A DNA stretch of 64,000 nucleotides from Octopus vulgaris. Taxonomy: Eukaryota. Where the stretch lies: NCBI GenBank assembly GCA_951406725.2, contig OX597821.1:112220001-112284000 (forward strand). Reading direction: 5' to 3'. The position numbers and the translations under genes are program-made. Positions within the stretch are counted from its first letter, which is position 1, and the number at the start of each line of letters is the position of its first letter. Shown one piece after another: positions 52,762 to 64,000 of this stretch. The notes below the pieces were generated by a model. It saw only the letters and a list, made by a program, of their open reading frames with translations, did not search any database and had not been told where the DNA came from.

Positions 52762-55154
52762 CAAGCTTCTTTCCTTCCCTGAGCGTCTGCTAATACTTTG
52801 CATGTACCACGTCCACGTGTTGTTGTGTTTGCTCTTCTTTTGGGGGATTAATTTAAAGCTTATAAGTGATCACTGTGTAATGACTAAAGTAAATAGTTTA
52901 ATATTCCTTTCTACTCTAGGCACAAGGCCCGAAATTTTGGAGCGGGGGGCAGTTGATTATATCGATCCCAGTACGAAACTGGTACTTAATCTGACAAACG
53001 CACATTAATATATATGTGTGTATATATATATATATATGACGGACTTCTTTCAGTTTCCGTTTACCAAATACGCTCACAAGGCTTTGGTCGGGCTGGGGCT
53101 ATCATAGGAGACACTTGTCCAAGGTGTCACGCAGTGCGACTGAACCCGGAACCATGTGGTTGGGAAGTAACACAATCATAACACTAACTTACAACAACAA
53201 CCTAAATTTGCTTTGTAACTAAAACAAGAGGGGATGGGTAGGATGTTTTTTTCTTTTCGTTTTCATTTTTATAGTTGTTTTTGTAGATAATAATAATAAT
53301 AATAATGTTCTCATTTGCATCGTAGGCGAACCCGGCGCTGGAAAAAGTGCCTTGGCGGCCCCTCTTCCTTTCGTTGCTTCGGAGCACGTGCTCGTATTAT
53401 TTAACTGGTTCATCGGAACATTTTATACACACACACACACATATATACACACATTTATATACGTAATGTAGCAAGCTCACTTTTAATAACCTCATTCTTT
53501 CTAGCTTCTAGCTTAATTTCGCTAATCAAAGCTGGTTTTCCTTCTATTAAGCTTTTAACCAACACCCCCGTCACTCGCATTTTCTCTTCTTGTAAATGTT
53601 AGAATCAGCACTTGTGACGAATAACCTTTCTAAACAAACCCAGTTGCGCTGTTTACATGTATGTATGTATGTATGTGTGTGTATGTATATGTATGGATGG
53701 ATGTATATCTATCTATCTTTCTATGTGTTTGTCTATCTATTTGTTTGTCTATCTGTCTGTCTATATTTGTTTGTCTAACTATCTGTCTATTTGTTTATCT
53801 ATATATATCTATGTTTGTCTATCTATCTATCTATCTATCTATCTGGTTATCGATGCAATGTGCACCGAACATATATAGCAAGCAAGGGCGGGGCGAACCC
53901 CTACCATGTTCTAGCGACTTGACAGGACAAGCAGACCGTCCATTTCGGGGCTGTTTTTGCTCATCGTCAGTGCTGGACACCTGTCCGCTAGAGATTACAG
54001 TTGTTCAGTGTCTGAATAGTTTTTTGGAATATGAAATGGAAGTTTGAAGGATACGTTTTTCCTTATGCTCTTTCGTTGAAAAAACTTTAAACCTTCATGT
54101 CATATTTCTTAAAAATATTTGAAACAGCAAATACTTGAAAACAAAAATAAGGTTTAATTAATTTCACGAGCAGGCTGTTCCGTTGACGGCGAACTAGATC
54201 GGCAGCCGGCCATATGTGAAATTGTAATGGGTGAGGATAGCTCTACCCTTCCTGTAGTCGTATATGCTAAGCTCTTTCTATATTATATATGAGAATTATG
54301 AAACTCTTATGTAGCAGACATAATTTGCCAATACTTCCAGAAGTCCATGTGTAATACATCTCTGGTTTTATCCTTCCACAATCACCACAGGATAGTTTTC
54401 TCTGCTGTATTAGCCACGAGGACTGAGGTTTATAATTGCATTTCACGGACACCTGTGATCAACTGAGATAGTTAATATTGCTTTTCTGCTTTCTTCGGCA
54501 TTAAGTGGATGAGAGACAACCGCCTCTGGATAAGACGCCAAGCCTCTTCGCACGTAATAACCAATGAGCTAACTGTTCGTCAATTTCACAATGTTGTAGC
54601 TGTTTACTTCGCTGATAAATTAATTATTTCATCCTCCAGTAATTAAATTTAGCTTCGTTAATCAGTCACGGCAACAAAGACAGAGAATTACATCCATTCT
54701 GATAACAAGGAAACTGAACAACGCAATGCGAAAACCGCTTTGTTAGGCCTTTTGTCGCTGTGTTTCTCTTGAAATACGTTGCTTTTGTTTCAATTGGTTT
54801 TTGAATATAATGAAGAATTAGTAAAATAACTTCGTCATCATTAAGCTGGTGCTTGGAACATAAATTAACACGGTATTTTGGCGGAAGGTCCATAAATTAA
54901 CACGGTATTTTGGACTCAGGCCCTTTAGAAGAGAAACTTTGTATCATAGAACCATGGTTTCAGATGGATCCGCATCAAGGGGATTAAACTGGTGTTTAGA
55001 ACGCAAATTGACACGAAAATTTGATTGAAAGTTTTAATTTATATCACTTTAACCCTTTTGTAATCATATTTGTAGAAATACAGTGTCTTACTTTCAATAA
55101 ACTTTGAAAATAGCCAAGAGTTTAGTAAAATAAGTTTGTTGTTATTAACCCTAA

Positions 55155-55197
55155 CCCTAACACCAAAATTCCGAGTTCGAGTCCAGGCAGTGACATA

Positions 55198-55250
<53 letters not shown>

Positions 55251-55493
55251 TGATGATGATGATGATGACAGCAACAACAACAACAACAACGAAAAATACC
55301 TTAGGAATGAGAACCCAGGGTCGAAATTTCTCTAAGTATATAATAACAACATCGAATGAGAACCATGGGAATGAGAACCCAGGTTCGAAATTTCCCCAAG
55401 ACACCTGATGAAGGCTGGAGGGTATATCAGCCGAAACGTTGTGTTAACAACAAACAAGATGAGGACAAGTATCTGTCAGATGTAAATAATGTA
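55155..55493 (+). mobile_element. tRNA-head/(AAT)n/hammerhead element (family A)
   Basis: B box gagttcgagtcc at 55173 followed by aggcagtgac, then (AAT)n(GAT)n(AAC)n, a triplicated aatgagaaccc body segment, the hammerhead and a tgtaaataatgta tail. Confidence 0.8.
55401..55444 (+). ncRNA. Minimal type I hammerhead ribozyme
   Basis: Identical to the 31090-31133 motif; predicted cleavage after GUU at 55440. Confidence 0.8.
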
Positions 55494-57021
55494 CCCCGTA
55501 GTGATATTGAAACCAAATCCACGTTTGTTTTAAAGCGCAACTACTTCATATAACCGTAGCCTCGTTGCTCAATCCGAAGATCTCCGCTTGACAACCGATT
55601 TTGGTCGATTTGTTTAGGAACCCAAAACTTAGCGGCTCAACAAAAGAGATCGAAAGAATAAGTACCAAACTTGAAGAAAATAATTACTACCGGGGTCGAT
55701 TTGTTTTACTAAAACCCTTCAGGGCGGTGCCCCAGCACGGCCACAATCCAATCACTGAATCAAATAGAAAGATTAAAGTAAAATGTCAAAAACGATAGGG
55801 TTATTTCGGTATTGGTCTACAAGGTGTCCTCGGTGAGAGGAGACGACGTCAATCTCACATCTATTTTCAGCCACGCCTCTTTACCTATGCCATGGGGAAA
55901 GGTTGTGTGGGTGAATGACGTCATGTACCAATAACGAAAGATTGTCAAAAAGACTTATAGCATTAATAGCTGTATAGCCTGTGCTGGGAAAAAAAAAGTT
56001 CTAAATATATTCTTTTAGATTCGGTTCTTTAGGGTCTTGGAAGGGATGAGGGGGCGCCATTATAAGCTTTTGCTTAAGGGGTTTTGCCAAGTCGGTCATA
56101 ATCCGACCCTAGATAGAAACACTTGCAAATAAATATCTGAGTGTGTGTGTGTGTGTTTAACGACGGAGTTTTGCGGTTAATAAAATGAATCTATTGTTGG
56201 CCCCTTTTCTAATTGCGTTTGCAAGTATTTTCAAAGGTGCGTGTGTGTGTAAACTAGAGGGACTCCTCCACACACGCATACAGAGATAACACACACACAT
56301 ACATACATACGCACAAACACTTGCTTTTATACATTACAAAAGCACGCTGGGTATAAATGTAAAGAGACACACACACACATAGGGACGCACATTATAAACG
56401 AAGGACTTCCTCTATTTGGCCAAGTAAAAAAGCGTCCATTGGCCACAGCGATTTATCGCACGATGAGACTACAAGGAACATGGAGAGGGCGAAGCATAAG
56501 AGAGTGAGAAAGAGAGAGAGAGAGGAAGAGAGAGAGAGAGGAAGAGAGAGAGAGGGGGGCTATATAGGTAGAAAGAGAAATAGGGAGGTTGTGTGTGTGA
56601 ACGAAGTGTTACTTGAAAAGAAGTGACGGCGGCGGCGAAGGTGGATGCGGTGGCAACAGTGAGTATAAAATGTTAAACGTAGCTTAAGCAGGAAGTAGGT
56701 CAGATACATAAAGCGAAAAAAGGCTCGAGATAAATGGGTCTCGTAGAAGGGACAGAAGCGTGTGTGTGTGTGTGTGTATATAGTTGAAGGTGAGATTATA
56801 CGGAGATAGATAGAGAGACAGAAGTGACGAGGGAGACGGGTAGTAAGGGCTACTGACGAAAACGTATAAACTCACACACATGCGCGCACGTATTTTAATA
56901 TGCACAAGACGTGAAGGGCTTAGATTGCAGCAACAGCCGAGGACAGGGAGTTTGTGACCGTTTCTTTCTCTTCGTTTTTTTTTTTTGTGTTCTTTTATTT
57001 AGGAATTCGGAATATGGGCAG

Positions 57022-57185
57022 AGGCGTAGGAGTGGCTGTGCGGTAAGAAGCTTGCTTACGAACCGCATGGTTCTGGGTTCAGTTCCACTGCGTGGCACCT
57101 TCAGCATGTGTCTTCTACTATAGCCTCGGGCCGACCAAAGCGTTGTAAATGGATTTGGTAGACGGAAACCGAAAGAAGCCTGTCG

Positions 57186-57216
<31 letters not shown>

Positions 57217-57390
57217 CTGTGTGTCTGTATTTGCCCCCCCCCCCACCAACATCACTTGACAACCGATGCTGGTGTGTTTACGTCCCCGTAACTTAGCGGT
57301 TCGGCAAAAGCGAACCATATAATAAGTACTAGGCTTACAAAGAATAAGTCCTAGGGTCAATTTGCTCGACTAAAGTCGGTGCTCCAGCAT
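57022..57390 (+). mobile_element. CORE-type tRNA SINE (family 1)
   Basis: Collinear with the 58177 copy, 3'-truncated. Confidence 0.88.
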
Positions 57391-57582
57391 GTATATGTAT
57401 GTATGTGTGTATATATGGTTAAATAGTTCGCTTGGCAACGCATTGTTTTCGGTTCAATCCTATACTGCCTGGCACCTTCGGCTTGTGTCTTCTACTATAG
57501 CCCCAGGTCGACTGTCATAGATATGTGTGTGTTCTTGTTTTTGTCCCCCACCATTGCTTGATAATCGATATAGGTGTGTTCA

Positions 57583-57811
57583 AGGCGGCGAGCTGGCAGA
57601 AGCGTTAGCACACCGGGCAAAATGCTTAGCAGTATTTCGTCGGCCGCTACGTTCTGAGTTCAAATTCCGCCGAGGTCGACTTTGCCTTCCATCCTTTCGG
57701 GGTCGATGATTAAATAAGTACCAGTTACGCACTGGGGTCGATATAATCGACTTAATCCGTTTGTCTGTCCTTGTTTGTCCTCTGTGTTTAGCCCCTTGTG
57801 GGTAGTAAAGA
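57583..57811 (+). mobile_element. Meta-domain-type SINE with about 20-bp TSD, nested in an older family 1 SINE (57410-57980)
   Basis: TSD aatcgatataggtgtgttca (57563-57582) / aatcgctatagatgtgttca (57812-57831). Confidence 0.88.
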
Positions 57812-58176
57812 AATCGCTATAGATGTGTTCATGTTTACGTAGCTTAGCAGTTCGGCAAAAATGTCTGATAAAATAAGTACCAGACTTTAAAAAAAAAAAG
57901 CATTGGAGTAGATTTATTGGAGTAAAACCCTGCAAGGCCCCGCTCCCCTAAGGCCGCATTCCAATGACTGAAACAAGTGAAGGAATGCGCGCGCGTGATG
58001 GTGCGTGTGTGTGATATCCACACACATAAATACAGATATTAAACTACATACATTGACACACAGTAAGCGTATTATTTATACACACCCAAACATGTACCTA
58101 TGCAAACACATTAAACTGTATACAAGGGGACACATACACACACACACGTATATATACATATAAAACTACATATATA

Positions 58177-58347
58177 GGCGTAGGAGTGGCTGTGTGGTAA
58201 GTAGCTTGCTTACCAACCACATGGTTCCGGGTTCAGTCCCACTGCGTGGCATCTTGGGCCAGTGTCTTCTACTATAGCCTCGGGCCGACCAAAGCCTTGT
58301 GAGTGGATTTGGTAGACGGAAACTGAAAGAAGCCCGTCGTATATATG

Positions 58348-58380
<33 letters not shown>

Positions 58381-58594
58381 ATATGTTTGTGTGTCTGTGT
58401 TTGTCCCCCTAGCATTGCTTGACAACCGATGCTGGTGTGTTTAGGTCCCCGTCACTTAGCGGTTCGGCAAAAGAGACCGATAGAATAAGTACTGGGCTTA
58501 CAAAGAATAAGTCCTGGGGTCGATTTGCTCGAGTAAAGGCTGTGCTCCAGCATGGCCGCAGTCAAATGACTGAAACAAGTAAAAGAGTAAAGAG
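58177..58594 (+). mobile_element. CORE-type tRNA SINE (family 1), best-preserved copy
   Basis: A box tggctgtgtgg, B box gggttcagtccc, CORE-like ggca.cttggg.cagtgtcttctactatagcctcgg, internal (AT)n/(GT)n, tail gtaaaagagtaaagag. Confidence 0.92.
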
Positions 58595-58902
58595 TATATA
58601 TTATACACACATACATTAATCTACATACATTGATACACACACAAAATTCGTATTAAACTTCATACTTAGACACACACACACACACATGTTAAACTACGTA
58701 CACGTACACATACATATTAAGCTACGAACATACAACAGAACAAATACATATCTAAACGGAGAGTAAGGTCTCTCCAACCAAACAAGCCAGCTCTTTAATC
58801 TAATTGCTTGCTTTATTTAAAAGCAATAATTTATTATGTTAACCAACATCAGCTTTCTCTAATCAGAAACGTAAGTCCGCTCTCTCCCCGACATCTCCTC
58901 CT

Positions 58903-58941
<39 letters not shown>

Positions 58942-59491
58942 GCAGCTTAATAAACAGGAGACACGCTGCCGTCTCCTAACTATGAGACATTAAGTAAAGA
59001 TTTTATGATCTTTGCACGACTTTTATTCTGATTTATTATTGAAAGGACCAAACTCTCACAATTATAGCATAATAGCGTGGCCTCGTCATTGTCTAAATTA
59101 CACCAACATGAAAAGCAAAAAGAGTAGGAAGCCAAAACAAAAAACAAAAAAAAAAGGAAGAAAGCAAAAAAAAAAAAAAACAGAAACACGGGATAAGGAT
59201 TTTTTTTTTAATTTGCCACAGGGGTATCACATGAGGGGAATATTACAAGGCCTGTCAAAAATCTTGTTTGTGTGTGGGGAGGAAAGGGGTGCATAAAAAG
59301 ATGGAGGAAAAGGAAGGGGAAAGCGGGCGAAATAAGATAAAAGCATACGTTGTATTAAAATTTGTGAACCCCATTAATGATGCGTTGCCTCTGATATTGA
59401 GGAAACCCTAAGAACTCTAAAGGTTAACGTGACCGCCAAAGGCACGGGTCCACGCTCAACTGTTGTTCTCTAGTCTATAGGTGCATGTCTA

Positions 59492-59716
59492 CAAGGGCGG
59501 CGAGCTGGCAGAAACGTTAGCACGCCGGGCGAAATGCGTACCCGTATTTCGTCTGTCGTTACGTTCCGAGTTCAAATTCTGCCGAGGTCGACTTTGCCTT
59601 TCATCCTTTCGGGATCGATAAATTAAGTACCAGATACGCACTGGGGTCGATATAATCGACTTAATCCATTTGTCTGTCCCCTCTGTGTTTAGCCCCTTGT
59701 GGGTAGTAAAGAAATA
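59492..59716 (+). mobile_element. Meta-domain-type tRNA SINE, full length, 16-bp TSD
   Basis: A box agctggcagaaacgtt, B box gagttcaaattc, core gcctttcatcctttcgggatcgataaattaagtaccag; TSD tataggtgcatgtcta at 59476-59491 and 59717-59732. Confidence 0.92.
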
Positions 59717-59899
59717 TATAGGTGCATGTCTAAAGCAGACGATGACGATGATGATGATGACAGAAAAGATACTTTCTTTATTGACCACCACGGCCGAACA
59801 CAAAACATAGAGGACGACACACAGTGAAGTTAAACGTGTAAACAGCAAACAAACACAGCGATCAACAAAAAGATTAAATCAACAATATGCTTCCCCAAT

Positions 59900-60196
59900 A
59901 GGGGGTGGCTAAAGAGACCTCACGCACTTTGGGCCCCCTCAATACTAAAGGCTCTTCAGGATGGCATGAGAACCATGTATGAAAGAAATCCAAAAGATTG
60001 TGCTGACAAGTACTGCTCACATCCTTAGAAAAGCCCTATCAATTTAAAAGTTTGTGTTGTATTTCATGAAGATATTTCGTTACTGCCGCTGCCATTTCCC
60101 AGCCCCAAGCTTGCATCCATACAGTAACTTTTCTAACCCCTCTCTCACCCTAGGACGCTGGGTGTGTCTCGGCAAGAAACATGCTGATTAAAAGTA

Positions 60197-60250
<54 letters not shown>

Positions 60251-60262
60251 TATAATAATAAT
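59900..60262 (+). mobile_element. 3' end of a Dong/R4-like non-LTR retrotransposon with (TAA)n tail or target
   Basis: 59979-60047 translates MKEIQKIVLTSTAHILRKALSI*, resembling the QKAVLLGTA.ILRK.L C-terminus of restriction-endonuclease LINEs. A short 3' UTR runs into (TAA)n. Confidence 0.65.
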
Positions 60263-60342
60263 AAGAAAGAAGAAGAAGAAGAAGAAGAAGAAGAAGAAGA
60301 AGAAGAAGAAGAGGAGGAGGAGGAGGAGGAGGAGGAGGAGGA
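60196..60342. repeat. (AAT)n(AAG)n(GAG)n compound trinucleotide repeat
   Basis: Read directly from the sequence. Confidence 0.95.
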
Positions 60343-60570
60343 AAACGGATATTTCTTCCATCCCTTTTCTTTATTACTGCGCAAAAATTCTAGCAAACGC
60401 GTGGCCTAGGGCTTAAGACTTGAACAGACAGTCATGAGGCCGTGAGTTCGATTTCTAGACCGTGCTGTACGTAGCGAGCCTTAGGCAAGGTACATAATAT
60501 TACGTCTACTGAACTGAAAGTCAATACAAACTGAGTGCTGATGCCTCTCTCCATTTCTCTTTGTGTATGG

Positions 60571-60656
<86 letters not shown>

Positions 60657-61569
60657 GCGCCCGCAAGCAGGGGAGAATAAACGAAGCAATTAACACAATT
60701 GGTCGGAGTTACAAACATTTTAATGAGAGATCGACTCAGCCCCACATGGCTTAAAGTTTCGTGGGTGTGTATGACTTGCAGGATGTTAGGAGTAGCTTCC
60801 AGTAGCTGATGAGGTGCACGTGGCCTACACGCCCACCAAACTTCATGTCATGTGAAGCTGAGTCAAACCTGTTACAACATGGGCGCATCGAACTTTTGAA
60901 CCTGTATTACCATCTACCCCCGTGAAACTTATTGAATATTGGAATTAGTATGAACATTGGATTTTTTAAGCAAGTTTTTCCGAATTTTTCATTCTGCCTT
61001 CAATCTCTCCTAATCTTTTATTTACCTTTGAAAAGCAAAGCATTGATGAAACCGGTTAAGTATTTTAATAAATCTGTTACAAAATTTTAAAACTACTACA
61101 TTGTTTTAAGACAAGTGCATTTTCAACCAACTCTCCTATAATCTAAACCTATCTGCGAATACACTTCTTTTCTCCATATCTATGTATATTCGAATGTGTG
61201 TGTGTGTGTGTGTGTGTGTGTATCAAACGCAAACCTGGAAAACAGAATAAACCATAACTATATATATATATGCAGCCTACTTCACTCGTCCTACGATTTA
61301 TTAAAGTACTCGTGTGTAAATAATCAAGAAGTTGCTAATATAGCATTTGTTACAAGATCTTCAAGCTTCTCTCTTCATATTATTATTATTATTACTATTA
61401 TTATTTTGGGCCTTGTGTCTAGAGTAGAAATTATTATTATTATATTATTATTATTATTATTACTATTACTAACATTTTTTATCTTCCAAAGCAGGGATTT
61501 TGTTATTCCAGATAGAATTCATTGATAAGGAATAAAAGAGATAAATAACCATCTTGGGAGTCGGTACAT

Positions 61570-61620
<51 letters not shown>

Positions 61621-62344
61621 GGAAATATGGCTCACCATTTGTGCTTCATTCCATTCGTCCCAAAGGTCTACCAATCATCAAACAACCGTGTATAATAACA
61701 TAAAGGAATAACTAATGTAGGCGGATCGACTTACTAGAAATAGCAACTAAATCTCCTTCGAACCCAGCTTTATCTTCATAAAAAGAGGAGGACGTATTGG
61801 ATGATGTCGGGTAGATACCGTATTTGATTTGAATAAAACGTGGATGTCATGGATGGTAAGTCACTGATGAGAGATGCTGTTTTTTTTTCGTTTCTCTTAC
61901 CCTATCTCTGTTTTTCTCATTTCTTTCTTTATTCTCTCTTTTTTCTTTCATTCTCTCTCTCACTCTTTCTCCCCATTCTTTCTTTGCTTTCCCAGTTACT
62001 TAACATCACCAAAACCCGGGGTGACCGAAACAGGGTGTGCCATACCAAGGGTAAAAGGGAAAAAAATGTCACATTTAAACGTCAGTATGTTATGTTTGTA
62101 CAACTATAAATAGAACCCTCAGCTACCCACAATTCAACGAAGGAACATCGAACGAACATGGTCCTTTGGTCTTCAAGAAATAACAGCCCAGATCTTCCTC
62201 ACATTATATCTCATCGCTTGTAATAACACATTGGATCGTTTAGTTATTGATACGCTGTGTTTGAGGGAAATCTATACAAGATGATCACTGATACTGCTCC
62301 TTTGATCATAGGTGTGTCCAAACAACAACAACAGCAGCAGCAAG

Positions 62345-62600
62345 AAGCGCAATGGCCCAGTGGTTAGGGCAGCGGACTCGCCGTCGGAGGATCGCGGTTT
62401 CGATTCCCAGACCTGCCTTTTGTGTGTGTTTATTGAGCGAAAACACCTAAAGCTCCACGAGGCTCCGGCAGGGGTGGGTGGGTGGCGACCCCTGTCGTAC
62501 TCTTTCGCACCAACTTTCTCTCACTCTTTCTTCCTGTTTCTTGTCCCCGACTTCCCACGCAACCGCTGAGCCTGGATGCGCATTCATCCATTACAAGCAC
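62345..62600 (+). mobile_element. tRNA SINE family 3, 5' part
   Basis: gcgcaatggcccagtggttagggcagcggactcgc...cgaaaacacctaaagctccacgaggctccggcagggg matches the 51006 head. Confidence 0.85.
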
Positions 62601-63165
62601 AAGCACATGAAGGCCCAAAACCAATCAATGGTCAAGTTGGGACCTTAATTCTGGCAACGGGTTAAGTATGCTACTTATCAAAAGTGGTGACCACACTTAG
62701 GACAACTTACAACCCTTTATGAAAATTCCGCTTACAATAATCATCTAGTTAGAAACTTACAGACAGGACAATTGACCGATTGGACAATTTACCGAAAGAC
62801 ATGTCGATATTTTTTTAAAACAACGTAGAAATTACGAAAAAGTTTTATTAGACTTACAAAAAAAAAAAAAAAATTAAAAATAACAGGCCGCATAGTGAAA
62901 TCGAACTCAGTACCATATGTTACGAATCCCACCACTTAGACCTCCATGTCTATGTACATATAGAAAAAAACAACCCCCAGAGTTTGTTGTACGTGTGAAC
63001 TGGATACGCGTTTGATGACACTTAAGGATTGCTTAGTTGTTAGTGTAATAAATCTATTTAGGTTTATCGTGTTTGAATATTGTTGGTTCGTGCGATGGAT
63101 TGATGGGGAGGAGGAGGGGGGGTGTTTGAAATCTGTTTCTATTGAAAGGATTGGTAGAAGAGTTT

Positions 63166-63228
<63 letters not shown>

Positions 63229-63502
63229 AAGGTGTGTATGCGTGAGCGTTTACATACGTATGTGTATACACACCACACGCACATACTCAAGCGAATTATA
63301 TACAAATACGCACACGCATAAATATATAGAAACATATTTTACACACGCACACACATATATATACACACACATACGTATATGTATGTATATATATATATAT
63401 ATATATAAATATATATATATACGCGTACACACACACACATTCGCATAATACATATACAAATGACACATACATAGCTATTATATACACGTATGTATGTATG
63501 TA

Positions 63503-63587
<85 letters not shown>

Positions 63588-64000
63588 TATATATATATGT
63601 ATGAATGTACGAATTTGTGCATGTTTGTATGTACTCACACACACACACACACACGTAGAAAAAGAATGATTTACTTAGGCACTCACTCACTGACAGCCCC
63701 GTTTTCACAGAGAACAGAGAATATAGATCGTGAGTAAACACTGAAGACATCAGCAGACACGTATTTGTAACAAAATACACGGTGTTGTAGTATAACCAGT
63801 TTGTGTGTGAGCGTGTGTGTACACTCATACTACACAGATACACCACGTTTCTGTTTATTTTGTTCCTCTTCAGTGTTTTTTTTTTAAACACACATTTTTG
63901 CGTCTCTTATTATTGGGACGCTAAGGGTGGTGGTTTCGTACAAATGTTTTGTGATATTTCTTGCGGCTCTTTACATACTGAGGTCAGACCCTGCCGAGTC

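Noticed and set aside
60800-60850. ctgatgag...cac caaac hammerhead-like string
   Set aside because: It lacks the GAAA core and a convincing helix I; at best a heavily decayed relic.

Overview
AT-rich animal genomic DNA saturated with microsatellites and tRNA-derived SINEs. The repeat families look like those of octopus (coleoid cephalopod); this is from recall, not a database search. Almost all ORFs in the supplied track are translations of simple repeats or SINEs. One convincing host coding exon is present: 171 nt on the minus strand (41158-41328) with canonical splice sites, encoding the Cys-X(n)-TCCS-x-x-MEE-x-Y segment of a glypican (GPC3/5/dally type, equivalent to exon 2). The window is therefore probably the two very large introns flanking that exon. 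Mobile-element content: three tRNA-SINE families, RTE-tailed fragments, a rearranged mariner relic, piggyBac-like and Merlin-like MITEs, a Helitron and a Helentron-type element, a Dong/R4 LINE 3' end and a Penelope-like RT relic. The most unusual signal is a set of nine minimal type I hammerhead-ribozyme motifs in three families. One family joins a tRNA-like Pol III head, an (AAT)n spacer and a hammerhead (a SINE/retrozyme hybrid). Another sits in a perfect 128-bp inverted repeat next to Penelope RT sequence. CpG content also appears to step up at about 32.3 kb, consistent with a methylation boundary.
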